A stretch of DNA of 64,000 bases from Tubulanus polymorphus (GCF_964204645.1 NC_134027.1:15780485-15844484), one strand, 5' to 3'; numbered from the stretch's first letter, positions 11,335 through 24,530 are shown. A program made the numbers and translations. The notes: a model not told the origin generated them from the letters alone.

Positions 11335-13194
11335 TCTTTAAAATTAAATATCTTTTCACAATAATAACATTTATCTGCAAACTCAAATTCTTCTTTATCT
11401 TGTTCTGTCATTATAATTTCTATATTTTTATCTAATAGTTTACTAAATTTCATTTCATATTCAATTAACAAGTCACAAAAATGATTGATAACATTCTCAT
11501 TTCTATACCCAGAACTAATTTAAAGTGAATATTATGATTATAGAATATTATGATTAGTCAGATTTAATATATAACCCGAAAGCTGCAGCACTTTGATGAA
11601 TCTTTTTAATAGTATTTGTTATTAGAGGATCTGAATAATCAATTAAATCATTTTCATTAGAATTTAATTTCTTTCTTTTATAATATATTTCTTTTCTATC
11701 TTGGTCAGTTAATTCTTAATTTAATGATTCAAAATCTCCATATATTACAAATGTTACTTTATTTTTGTAACCATATTTTTTAAATTCTAATATTTTGCCC
11801 TTTTCATTTGGTAAAACTATTTTACAATAATCATGATTATTGCATAATTGTTTATGATTTAATAATGCACTTTCAGTTCTGAATTTAGTTATAAATTTTC
11901 TACATAGATATATTTTATTATCAAAATCATTTTGTGATTTGAAAAATAAATCGATTTGTTTAATCCACATATAATGATTCTCATAATATAATATATCTAT
12001 AACATCATTTGAATCATAATCTTTTGATAAATACAAAGGTTCTAATGTAAAATGTTTAATATTATTAACTTTTGTTTTTGGTAATTTGACTAAATCAAAC
12101 ACATTTATCTTTATATTATCATCTCTTTCTATTTTTGGGATATTTTTAATTCTAACAGGATAATTATCTATCTTATAATTATTTTCAAATGGTTTATAAT
12201 GTGTTAATCTAAAACTATGTTGTTTATAATCTTCAACTGGGTGTAAACAACTTATAATTGTCCATAGAAAACATTTATCATCAAAATTTTGTACATTTAT
12301 AACAGCATTAGTTTTAAATGGTAATTTGATATAACTTGATCCATTCATATTATCATCTTTATAATATGATAAATTATTTTCATCTATTGGTTTTGATTTA
12401 GTTAACTTATTATATTTTGTGTTATAAACATGTAAAGTCATAAATATTATTTCATCAAATATTAAACCTGATCCTTCAAAATATTTCTCTTCTATTTCAT
12501 TTTTTATTTCATTATAACATTTATCTAATCTATCATCTATATGTTGTTTTGAAATAATATGTTGTGAATGAGAATTTATATTATATATTGGTTTATCTTC
12601 AGATTTTATAAATTTAACTTTAGAAGATATGCTAATTTTAGGGTATTCAACATCAGTAATTATTTTTATAATACTTTTCATATTTTCCAAATGTTTTTTA
12701 TTTTCTTCTAATGTTTTACCTTTATGAAATTTAAACTCGATAGCTGCTGGACCAATATCACTTTTAAATGCTTCAGTTATTTCAATTTCTTTTTTATTAT
12801 CTAATGAATTAATATAACTTCTAACATCTTCCATGTATGGTCTTTTATTGTTTAATTTATTTTTTATTCTTTTAATTGTCTTCTGTTTCTTATCATTATC
12901 TCTATCAAAATAATCTTCACCTAAAATATCATTATTCATATTTCTAATAGGATTTTTAGATTTTAAATGTTCTTTATAATATCTTTTGTTACTGAATGAT
13001 TGATTACATGTATCACATTTATATATTTCTTTTTCATTCTTTAATTCATCTAATTTATTTTCTAATATATCATCTTTATATTCTAGTTTCAATTTATTTT
13101 CTAAATGTGTTTTCGTTTTATTGTGTCTTGCTTTTTGAGATTTATCTATATCAATTTTACATGTTGAACAGTAGTACTTCTTATTTGCTTCCAT
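11335..13194 (-). pseudogene. Polinton/Maverick- or adintovirus-like protein-primed DNA polymerase B, N-terminal part, disrupted
   Basis: 492-aa ORF with two C2H2-like fingers, GSG, GSSYIKLP..INVQNFDDKCFLW, HYMWIK and ExoI-like VIYGDFES. After the stop and frameshifts it continues HQSAAAFGLYIKSD and MTEQDKEEFEFADKCYYCEKIF. Extremely AT-rich. Confidence 0.75.
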
Positions 13195-13228
13195 TTTAAT
13201 ATCAAATTTTTTATTAAAATTGATTTTA
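13190..13228 (-). promoter_or_regulatory. 39-nt motif ending just after the polB start codon (copy 1)
   Basis: TAAAATCAATTTTAATAAAAAATTTGATATTAAAATGGA, 36/39 identical to 13568-13606. Confidence 0.6.
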
Positions 13229-13230
13229 TA

Positions 13231-13572
13231 TTATTCGAAATCTATATCATGGTGCCCTTTTTCATTCTTACCTTTGTATATGAAATAGAAATCACTAGAA
13301 CATAATTCTTCTAGATCTTCACTAGATAATCTATGAAAACTATCTGGTAAATATGTTCTGCATTTATATTTATTTCCTTTCAATCCTTCATATTCTAAGT
13401 GAATAACTAATTTATCTCCATATTTGTTAGTAATTGTTTCAATATTTGTAATTAAATATTTCATATGAATTGTTAATTCTGATACCTTCTTAAATTTATA
13501 ATCTACAGGTTTGACATTTGTAGTATCTTTAATTCTATTTAAGAATTCACTGTGTACTTGTTAACTCTCCAT
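13231..13572 (-). pseudogene. Small Polinton/virus-like ORF (possible OB-fold/ssDNA-binding type) with a premature stop at codon 4
   Basis: ATG 13572 GAG AGT TAA, then open in frame into the 77-aa ORF (..KYGDKLVIHL..TYLPDSF..FIYKGK). Co-oriented with and directly upstream of polB. Product call is inference. Confidence 0.5.
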
Positions 13573-13606
13573 TTTAATAACATATTTTTCATTAAAATTG
13601 ATTTTA
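13568..13606 (-). promoter_or_regulatory. 39-nt motif ending just after the small-ORF start codon (copy 2)
   Basis: TAAAATCAATTTTAATGAAAAATATGTTATTAAAATGGA. Confidence 0.6.
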
Positions 13607-13852
13607 GAAGTTATTAGATTAATATTTTAAAAGTAATAGGGAATAAGTTGTTTCAAGTCAAAGGTTGAAGGGTCGGAAAATAAATTCGAGTGTGCGAGAA
13701 TTATTACCTATTACTTAGATTCATACCGAAGTGGTAATAAACTTATTTTCCGGTAAATTGAACACCTTTTTGTTATTTTGTTATTAAATTTGGAGATATA
13801 TTCCAGGTTTATTTTTTCAAAAAATATCAACATCAGGATAACGTCGATATAA

Positions 13853-14082
13853 CGTCTTCAAGACGTCATTCTATGACGTAGTATATTGGTTGGAATTTGG
13901 TCGTATATGTATGGCGATGTGACGTTTTATGAAGAGGTTCTATCAACTTATTAACAAAACATCTGGATTACGTCTTCATAAAACGTCATATCGCCATACA
14001 TATACGACCAAATTCCAACCAATATATGAAGTCATAGAATCACCTCTTGAAGATGTCATGTAAACGTTTTGGTGTTTGCTGG
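13853..14082. repeat. Foldback inverted repeat / MITE remnant
   Basis: ~85-bp arms (~13853-13937 and ~13970-14056) are near reverse complements; the segment ends in GTGTTTGCTGG. Confidence 0.65.
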
Positions 14083-14951
14083 TTTGATTGGGGTCCACAT
14101 GGCTGCCACTTGTCTTTCTGTTTCGTGCAGTACCTTCCATTGTTCGACAAATATCTCGGCTCAGCAGAAAACAGTCATTTTGGATTTCAAACAAAGATTA
14201 TTCGAATTTTAACCGTCAAATGCAGTACATGTTGATTGTATATAGAGTAAATTAAGTTCTGTTATTCAAACACCAGCCTAGATTCGTGTATATTCTGAGG
14301 ACTAAGGAGACAGGCACACCAAAATAGGGCATGTGATATAATTACAAGAGCATACACAAAGACTGCTAATCGGAAACAATTAAAATTCGTTTTGAATTTC
14401 AACTTTTATAGGTCAGTTTAATATTTTTCATTTCCCTGGCACCCCCTGTCGAATTTTAACCACAACTTCCGGTCACCATTTGAATGATGTCCCTTCCATC
14501 AACTATCTTGGATGACGTCACTTCGTTGATATCACTTCCTACTTTTCATTCCTCCGTTCTGTAGTCTCTTAGTTTTACTACTAAAAAGGTCATATAGATG
14601 TTTTCGCATACATCATTGTCAAGATACTGATCCGCAGCAAGATTTCGTAGTAGCTAAAAAATGTTTGTAATGTTGATTTCCTGTATGCGTTGGTGGTTAT
14701 TAATGGGTGTCAGACAACAAACGTAGTAAGATGTAGTAAGCAGGTTGTTGTTTGATGCTTTGATCTATAAGCACTGACCATAAATCAGCCTGGTGTAAAA
14801 TAATTCTTTCTCGGTTCTCCTGCTGCGATATCTGGCAAACATTCAGAAATCTTTTCTTAAACTTAAGAATAGACGGAACCGTATTTGGTTGGGTCGGAAC
14901 AATGGAGTGCATTAATTTTGTGGCTGGTGAAAGGATCGCGCTGTTACTTCA

Positions 14952-15914
14952 TGATACTCCCGAGTACTTTCTATAAAAAGAAAAACGGAAGTATGGGGAG
15001 ACATTGTTGTTTTGCTTTATCCCGTATTGTAATAAAATTAGTATAACAGTTATAGAATGATTTTAAGAATGATAATTGATCACAATGTATTACGAATCAA
15101 AAGTAATAATGATAAGTCGAAAAGAAACAATGAGTTTGTACCGTAATTTGACACGAATACTAAAGTTTCGAAAATATATTTAATTTGAGTATTCTGGATG
15201 TTAGTTGAGAACAAAGTCTCTATAATCGCTAAAGTTTTAGGTAAATTAATTTGTGTAAAATGTTAATACTAGCTCTCTGAAGATTCTTTTGTTGTATACG
15301 TCTGTTGGTAATTCGCAAAGAATAGCTGTTCTCTCAACGATGATAAGCAAGGAGTGAGTAAATCATTTCCCGTCATGACAGGAGGGTTGGAAGGAAAAAG
15401 TTATTTTAGCAAATCAGTTTAAACAAAAAAAAATAATAGTTTTTAAATAATTTTAGATCAGCGAATCATTAAGGCTAAATTCTACATGACCAAAACAGTC
15501 ATGACAGTTAGGTTGCGGCTCATTGCCAAAAGTCGAGTGGGAGAGTCGATATTTTAAGAACCCGATTCTTTCTATAAAAGGGACCCGCAGTCTTGGGGGA
15601 GCAGACACTCGATAGAGATCGAATGGGAGGTTATATTCAAGACCTTGTTTAGAGAGTTTTGTTCGGGAAAACGGTTACCAACAAGAGTGTAGGCTAGAAA
15701 TCATTTTAAGAGCTAGGATCTGGATTGTGTTCTAGCTGGAGAGCTCAGATTAATTATTAAGGTAAATAAATTCGTTTTATTATCATTATATTCATTCAAA
15801 TTTCCGGCATTCTAGTTTTTACTTGGGTTTGTGCACGGACACATTCTCTCGCCAGGGACCGATCATTGCTTTCATTAATATACGACTAAGGAGAGGATTG
15901 TGACCGGTGTATCA
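14952..15914 (+). repeat. Probable 5' LTR of Gypsy element 1
   Basis: Starts TGATAC and ends GTATCA just before the PBS; TATAAAAG at ~15573. No 3' LTR was seen, so the start is inferred from the terminal inverted repeat. Confidence 0.6.
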
Positions 15915-15915
15915 T

Positions 15916-15929
15916 TGGTGCCGAAACCC
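15916..15929 (+). promoter_or_regulatory. Primer binding site, tRNA-Phe
   Basis: TGGTGCCGAAACCC is complementary to the 3' end of eukaryotic tRNA-Phe (GGGTTTCGGCACCA). Confidence 0.8.
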
Positions 15930-16467
15930 AGTCTGTTGGTTAACGTTGATGCCAAAATCCGGTCTGTTAATTATTATGCCGAAACTCGTACTTTTAATCT
16001 ATTGTTCTGGAACCTTTTATACTGATTATTCGTTAATGAGATGTGAGATTTGAATCCTCCAACCACATAACAATCTGAAATACTGGCAGCGTTCGTGAAT
16101 CGTCGTGGGATTCAAACCCACCACTGCACGCCCATGTGTGATACCGGAGGAGTGTCGGGGACCTCTGTGGGATTCTAACCCACTAGCACCCACTGCAGGT
16201 CGACACCGATGGGGCTGCACTACAGCCATTGAGATTTGTGATTTCCCAAAACCGTCCAGCCAGGATGGGGGATCGAACCTACCTCTGTTTTTTTGGGTAA
16301 GAAATTTTTAAAATGTCATTTTAGATTAGTATTCGTTTAAAGATATATAATGTCGACAGGAGGGGGATGACGTACGGCGCACGTGGTTCACGGGAACGAC
16401 CCGCTGTAAGCAACGACACTGTTCTGCTGGCCCTCTCTGGCCTTCGCGAACAGGTGGACACAGCCAT

Positions 16468-17463
16468 GTGGACACGGCATTCATGAATTTCTCTATGCTC
16501 CCTAAATTTACGGGACGAGACGACCAGTGCGTTTCTGATTGGTTCAAAGGATTTGACCGTTTGGCCGATCTAAGGGGTTGGGACGATGACGCTAAAAAGA
16601 AACAGTTGTATTGGTTTTTGGCTGGCCCAGCCCTAGTCTTATTTAATGATCTTCGAATTGATCAGGGTATCGATGCGACCGGTAGAAATATTGCTACTCC
16701 CTGGGAGCATATTGTTCATGCATTTTACTCACAATTTAGCCCTGCCTCGTGGGCCTTGGTTAATAAGTCGACCTTAACGATTATGAGACAGGGAGAGACA
16801 CAACCGGTAGATAGGTTTGCGGAGGAAATTGATCGATTGGCATCGAGTCTGAAATTCTCGGATCACCAGAAAAAAATTATATTGATCAATAACTCTAGGC
16901 CTGACATTTCAGTCTACCTGCTGTCGCAGTGTCCAATGACTTTCAGGGATGCATGGGAGGCAGCCAAAATGGCTGAGCACATTGAACAACGAAAGGCTCT
17001 GTCGTCTCCCAAGGTATCGCAAATTGGGACAAAACCAAATAAGGCGATAGGAGATGTCATGACTGAGCTACGGGACATGTTTCGCCAGATATTGGACACA
17101 CAAAAATCTACCCGTACTCAGCGGAATGATAGAGGTACCTACTATAGTGGAAACCGTCCATCACAAAGGTCACAAGATGGGCAGGTGCTGTGTTATCAAT
17201 GTCACGCCCCGGTCATTAAGCCAGGAATTGTCCAACTTGGCGTTACGAACAACAAAGGTCACGGGTCTCGCCAAACCGGGACGCATTCCAGCGTGATAAT
17301 CGCCGTCCAAGAAATTCTGGTAGGGGTCAGTTTCGGTCACAGAATCTTGGGCGTGGTTCCCAAGGGGTTAATCGAACACTTGGTCAGGGAAACGACGAGG
17401 CCTCATCCTATGGACCGACAAGGGTGGGGTCGCGCAATGAATGGCCAACTGAGCCCTCGCTAG
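16468..17463 (+). pseudogene. Gypsy-type gag with a frameshifted CCHC zinc knuckle
   Basis: LPKFTG..WF..F..W..L.GPA..Q..PVDRFA capsid-like pattern; CYQCHAP, then frameshift to GH*ARNCP (~17190-17235). Confidence 0.8.
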
Positions 17464-18499
17464 ATTCGGCAATGAGGAGTGATTTTTGGTGGGATGACAC
17501 ATATTCGGGTTATCATAGATATGACGATGACAGTCTGGCAATTGACAATTATATTTTTGATGATGATTATTATTTTGAGGACAATAGGGATGATATATTT
17601 GACATGTCATTTGATCAGGGCGACATGCTAGCTGATTCAGTTGACAATTATTTTGAACCTGAGGAAAACTGTAGTGCGTATTACTTTCATGACGATTAGT
17701 CGTTTAGATTTAGATAGGTTTGTCGGCCATCACACTCCTTCATGGGGTGCCGATGATGTTTATGACATTCAAGATTGTAACTTTGGGGACAGCTTGAGGG
17801 ACAATTCCCAGTTGTCATTAGGTGAAAATTTTCATATGGATCGGGGATCCAATTTTGAGGACATCTGGAGGGACAATTCCCAGCTACTTACGAGCATATA
17901 AATTGACACAGGAAGGTTACGTTTAGCGATCCGGTTAAATTGCAGGAGGTACGTGCTGATATGGCGTGCTCGGGTGACAATATTAGTATTGATAGGTCAC
18001 ACCCTAGAGGGGTTCATGGTCCGATGGATTCGGCGCTTTTGATCAATATAGATACCCAGCAACCTCCGAATCAGCAATACAATGATCTTGTGTCATCGGA
18101 TTCAAGTAGTAGTAATAGTCTTAATGATCAGAGTAATATGGAAACTATTTTGTCAAAGATATCTAGTCAGGAGTCAATGTCGGAGAATTTGTGTCACTCG
18201 TTTGAAAGAGGACAGAACTTTCCTGTCACCTCAAATGCCAGCAGTTTTCACCATCCAGTTGGGGATGGAATGTCCAATTAACAGGACAGAGGTCAAGTTG
18301 TCCCCACGTCTAAACCGAATATGCCAATCAATGACAATGTTGGGATAGGAGATTTGAACTCCGAGCCCCACCAACTGTTCACTGTCAGGTACAACTTCCA
18401 CCTGTTACGACGACTTTAGGTAACACGTTAACCAACGACATAGGGTCCTTTTCCAGTAGGAACAACACTATTGGACAGGAGGCTTATTCCCCGTCAATC

Positions 18500-19110
18500 A
18501 TGGCAACTGCTGCCAACCGAGTGACTGGTAGTCATTCAGGGACACCGTTAAACATTTTGATTGATACGGGTGCCGAAATTTCTGTACTGTCAAACTATTA
18601 CTTCATCAATCATCCTCAGATATCGAATGGCCCTTTGCAGGAGGGACAATTTCAGTCCGCCCGTGGGGTAGACGGTACTAAATTTGATTTAAAAGGTGTT
18701 ATTCCCGTGGATTTTGTATTAGGAAATTTGGACGTGTCACATTCTATGTACGAGGTGGATGGAGTCACCTCGGACTTTATTTCCTGTAACAAAACCAGGC
18801 AGTTATCGATTATGCTGAAAAGGTTCTCTTGTTGCCAGGCGCCGACATAATTTACTTTAGTAATGATGCCATCTTGGGAAAATCTTCGTCGGTTTAAGTC
18901 ATACGTATGACTGTTATTCCCCCTTCATGCGATGTCACCGTAGACCGTAAATGGTTAAGTGACAAGTCTCAGTCATTGATTGCGGTCTTTGAGCCTGTAA
19001 ATTATTTGAGAATGCGTGATCTCATGAGCGCAAGGTCAGTTGTTAGCGTCATGCCATCAAGGCATCGGCTTCGGGTCACGAACCCAACGTCACGAAACGT
19101 CACCCTCTTT
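18500..19110 (+). pseudogene. Retroviral-type aspartic protease and downstream pol remnant; element truncated before RT
   Basis: LIDTGAEISVL motif; downstream ARSVV..LRVTNPTSRNVTL in another frame; no RT or integrase follows. Confidence 0.75.
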
Positions 19111-20149
19111 GAAGATACGTGTTGTAGTAATTCGTGGACAGATGGGTGGTCACTTGACCGATCACTCAAAACAGAGGGGAATCAGGACAGCTTCCTCGGC
19201 CACCGGAGGTGTCTGTCACACATGTGGAAGACCCTCAGACGTCAGACGAAATTTGTAAGTATAATCGAATTATTTAGAGTTTGGATCAAGATGCATACGT
19301 CCTATTGAAAATTATGAATTGTATACGGTAAGCGTCTCTTCAGTAAGTTATCAAAATATAATTACATGAGTATTGTGAAACTGTAGTATATATAACGCAT
19401 TTGCCAATGAGTTAACTCATGATCTGGGTTTAATTTAATACAGGAAATAAAGACAACCATGAATGAAAATGAATAATAGCTTGATTGTCGTGATATTGGT
19501 TTTTTGCTGCTGATTATATATGGGGCAACTACGTTGCTCTAAAAATCTTGCAACACTGAAAATATTAATGAAATAAATTGTTTTCATATTTCTAGTTAAC
19601 TACTAGAAAAGGATACCTAAGGATTTTGGAGGAATCTACGTAGCATCAGTATTACGAAGCATTTGTGAGTAAATTCCCCCTACTTTCTACCTTGTCCAAC
19701 TATCTTAACTTGAGCTCTGTTGAGTAAAACACTTCTCTTCCATAGACCAACTGGAGCAACATGATGAATGAACAAAGGAAAAGTGAATGCGAAGCTTTCT
19801 TGAGACTTCACCCTCAGGCCTAAAGTGAATTTTTGCAAAAAAGAACTATAATATACCGGTACTTGCTATTCTTTATTTCGTTAAAAACAATATAAAATGA
19901 AGTATATATCACCATTTATATAGTTATTTAAACTATGATAAATATCTCGGTTTAAACAATATAATAAGCTCTACATAATATTACGTACCGGTACTAGAGT
20001 AAAACGTATTCCCCGCTAAATCATATAAATTCGCCTTATTATACATTATACATACAATTTGTACATGAGAAATGTCTCTACTCTATAAATAGTAGTCGCC
20101 TGTTTATCAAAACAGGCCCCGGAGGTCTGTAATGCATCGGAAAAACGCC

Positions 20150-21390
20150 CAAATTCGATTTCGTCAATTTGTCAATGCGGCTTGACGAATTGACGAAATA
20201 AAATCACCCGCACAAGCATTGCAATAAAGTTTATTGCTCGATGAAATAGGTCATAGCACCAGTAGGACTACGGGCCCTATATGACATTTATTTTGCACCG
20301 AATTATAAGCCAATGCACGCTTTACTTGTTATAATTGTACTGATTTTTGCCGTAACCTTTGTTATTACTAGTCATATAACCTCGTGGGCCCGCAACTGGT
20401 CACCTATCACGCGTCTTATATTCTAAAGGGCCCCTGAAGAGTGCCCCTATAGTGCCCAAAGATGCCAAAATATGACTTGGGCAATTCGTCAATGCAGCTT
20501 GACAAATTTATGGAAAAATTGACGAAGTATGCACTCACTTGCCAAAATTGTAACAGCGTTCTGAATGACTGACAAAAAATTCTCGACGCAATGGTTCGAT
20601 GGAATATGTCATCACCAGGAGGACTAGGCCCTACAGGAAATGAATTGATTGATTTTGCAGCGAATTAGACGTCATTGCGCGCCTTTATATACATGTTTTA
20701 ATGCTATTGATTTTGACATACCTTTGTTATATTGCTAGCCATATTTTATACCTTAACCATGCTGGTAAGCTAGTCCATATTCAACTTGCAGCTCATACAT
20801 TTTTATAAGAATTTAAAAATTTATCATATGAAACACAGTTTGTAGTTACAGTTTTTTTGGGCCAGTGTATGTGCCCACCTATTGGTAATTGGAGATATTA
20901 AATACCATCGACAAAGTCTAACCTCAATTTGTATGCACAAGTCAGAAATGCTGGCTTACTGCTGGTAGTCAGCTTGCTCATGTTTTTGATACTGTCAGTT
21001 TTAAGAAATTTTGAACTCCTGTTAAGTTTTTCCTTAATATAGAAAAGGACGTTTCATAAATTCAGCTAGTCCATATTCCGACTTTCAACTTATACATTTA
21101 TATAGGAATTCTAAAATTCATCATAAGAAGCAAGTTTTCAGTTACTGATGGTTTGTTTGGGCCAGCGTATGTGCCCACCTTATGTCAGAAATGCTAGTTA
21201 CCGCTGGCACTCAGCGTCGCTCATGTTTTTGATGCAGTTAGATTTAAGATTGTGAGATCGAGATTGTTCTAGGTCGATATTTTTTGTTCGTTGACCTAGT
21301 TTTGCCGTCTGGACGCCTGTTAAGTTTTTCCTATACTTTTACAGTGCATCAAGTACCTTGTCTTTCATATACTAAAAGATGTTTCATAAA
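20150..21390 (+). repeat. Two pairs of degenerate direct repeats
   Basis: ~20150-20380 resembles ~20482-20745. AGCTAGTCCATATTC at 20768 and 21064 starts ~296-bp tandem units. Confidence 0.6.
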
Positions 21391-21661
21391 TTGATAGTGT
21401 CACATAATCGATGTAGTAATAGGATATGTGACTGAAATATATATCACAAGTAAGTGTGAAATAAAAGTTAAAGATAAACGAATTTGTGATGTCGTCGTGT
21501 GAAACCTGCAGGCATTGTCTTTTTAAACGTATCAGCAGCAAGAGGTTTCTGATTTATTGCAGAACAAGCACTCAAAACAGATACATGTCCGTGAGCACAG
21601 AACTGTCATAATAAGACATATCGTTTGTCCATCCCCCATCAGGGATTCGCTAGACTCAGCC

Positions 21662-22659
21662 CAGGGTTGTCATATAGCGGAATGACGACGGAATTAAAAA
21701 GAAAAACACGGAATTTCTTCACTTTCACTATTAACAGTTACCGGGCACCGGACCAATCGATGCACGAATTAGCTACGAATCGCACTACTGTATTAGCACG
21801 CAATTTTATCTGACATTTTTCTATGATACCATTCAGTTACCAGCCGCAGCAGCAGTCAGAATGTAGTCGGACAAAGAGATTGGCAACAGGGCAAACATCG
21901 GTTATCGAAGTAAAATGACTTTTTGTAATCTTAGCAGATTTGAGCACGGTCGCTCTAGGTTGGGCCGTAGTTTCAGATGGCTGCAAACGTGAAATGTGCT
22001 ACTACTAAACTATGTACCGCGGTTCCTTAAAAATTATTTTGATAGAAATCGCCATCTAGTACAGATATTACGTTTTTTTGACCCAAGGAATCAACACGGA
22101 GAAGCAACTAAGTAACAGCTTTCTAAAATAAAGCAGTAACAGCTTTCTTAAAGAAAACAGCTTTCTTAAAAAAAGATAAACTTTATATATAATCTTTAAT
22201 ATCATTCAACTTTTATTAACTCTTCTAGATACACCACACTCGCATTAATTAGAATTTAGATGCACGAGACGCATTAAAAATCCAAAGCCAAAATATGCAT
22301 AATGTGTATCTGTTTTCGTCTGGCATCATTCCTTTTGGGATATTTCTCATATTACAATGCAGTATTTATTTAAATTAGTTTAAGGTTTATTAATGGTAAT
22401 ATACACCTCGTAGATGCGGTCTCAATGTTGATAGATTAATTGCCTACGTAGGTTCTCCATTTTCTCGTTTGGAAGTAGGCCTATCGTTAATTTGTTGAGT
22501 AATAGATTATCACATAGGGCTACCAGGTACCGGTAATGTAAACATACGTCCAGTGCCTTGTCCAACAAGGGGTATCCTGTGCAAAAACACAGTAACTACG
22601 GATAGTAAAAATGAAAAAAATTCTGAGTTTTTGGAAAATTCCACGATATGACAACACCG
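21662..22659. mobile_element. Non-autonomous TIR DNA transposon with CAG termini and 9-bp TSD
   Basis: TIR CAGGGTTGTCATAT vs CGGTGTTGTCATAT with subterminal similarity; GACTCAGCC at 21653-21661 and 22660-22668. Confidence 0.75.
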
Positions 22660-24530
22660 GACTCAGCCACAGTAAAAAAGGCTGCAACTCTAGACTGGGT
22701 GTGCAGGTTTGCCGCAACAATTGGATAACAATGACAACATCTCATCTGCGCATGTAGCTACACACTTGGGCTTGTGTGGCTGGTTCTAGATACCATCAGG
22801 TTCAAATTCCTGGCTAGGGTAGGGTGCATTCGTCTGGAGCAATTGTTCACTACCTGGTAATTAAAGGAGCCCTCTAATGTCTCTTTATGGTGCCACAAAG
22901 ATAAAAAGACAGCAAAAGCAGGAATTGGAAATGAGGAGTCATCGTGGACAAATATAAGAACACAGATGCTCAGCAGTGCAGATCAGCAATCATCAAAATA
23001 GCAAACACAGGGCAGTGAAAAGCATGTATCTACTCGAGCTATCAACAGAGGTAGCCGATGCCAGAGGATGGTCGATTGGACACGGCTGGTGCCAGCAGTG
23101 ACACAGAAGACTGCTGCTAAATAAAGAGTCAAGATGCAGCTTGAATTGGGCAGCTGTGATGGAGATTAGTCTCAAGTTAATAGGGAAGGATCTTAAGGCA
23201 CCCATTCCCCTGAAACCACAGTCTGAAATAAGTTCATTTCATTGAGCTGTTATAATACATATACATATACTTATATGACAAACAGACGTATTTGAGCAAA
23301 AAAATCATAAGAGTGCATAGTTGTGTTGTGTATCCCTCAGAAAAATTTAAAGGAACATGGAATCCTGCTATAAACATTTCAGGAACTAGCACCAAACAAA
23401 AAGAAATCATATTTACATCGCTTACTCCTTTGTCAACGTTACAACAGCAACTGAGAAACAACTGATTATAGACCTGCTTTTCCAGTAGCCAAGTTTGACT
23501 AGCTGAATATGATCCTCCACAAGTTGCTCTAGTCGGTCACGATTATAAATGTAGTTGGACACTAAGCGATTGACAGAAGACAAAATGTTGCCAAAAAGGC
23601 CGAGGAGCAGTATAAAAGCCCAATCAAAGTCAAAGATGGCAGTACCCATGAAGCAATAGTGCAGTGGAGAGCTCCAACGGTTGAAACTGGAATTCTCCTA
23701 TTTTCTCTGTCAGTTATCCGATTTGAACCCTCCTTTTTGTCAGATGTATGTGTTAATGTGTAATATATTCATTTCTGCAGTCAAAAATGTGTTTTAGGGC
23801 CTCCTCTACGAGACATTAAGCTTTTTAGTTGGTATTTCCTTCAAAATTTGAATCTTTGAATGACATAGAGGGAGGAGTTATCCAGTGAATTAGTGTAGCT
23901 CACAGAGCACAGTAACAGTAATTTGATACCTATAGTCATCAGTATACATAAACAAAACATAGCCTCATTCATAGTACCAAAATTTGGCAACATCAAAACT
24001 TTTTCTTTGGTCAATGGATCAGTCTGAATTTCGTACACTTGTTTAGCTATCTACCATCAATGTTGTGTCCAAATTTCATCGAAATCGGATAAAAATTAAT
24101 GATTTTCAAAAAATTTGAAATGTCTCTAAAATCTTTAATCTTGGCCCTATCTCTACAAAAAAAGATCGCTTGCATCAGATTTTCATTCCCACTATGACTA
24201 GATTATTTAAAATTAGTTTAGAACTTGTTATGAAAACTTTTATGAATTTGTCAAATTTAACTGTGTGTGACCTGCTTTCTGTTGTGAGCCAACCTCGCTC
24301 ACTCTAAACATTATAAACAAGATACTGTAAAAGTGGGACGGCCCATCTCAAGTGTTTGCCACCCGGTTAACTAGCATCCATACTCCTCGGCCTTTAAAAT
24401 CGCTGAGAACCTAGCATTTAAGCTAGGCTTGTTGTTGCTCTTCTAACAATCATCGTGATGCCTGCATCGGTAGAACTTAGAAGGTAAAATTACTTCTTTA
24501 AGTTTTCAGAGAAGCCAATCCAGGTATTAA

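Noticed and set aside
16043-16280. CRISPR-like repeat/spacer array
   Set aside because: Eukaryotic LTR leader, degenerate repeats, spacers partly related to each other, no cas genes.
19130-19830. Possible plus-strand exons or a Penelope 3' end
   Set aside because: Splice-like signals but no recognisable protein and no consistent frame.
22760-23210. SINE head and LINE 3' remnant
   Set aside because: Too degraded to delimit or classify.
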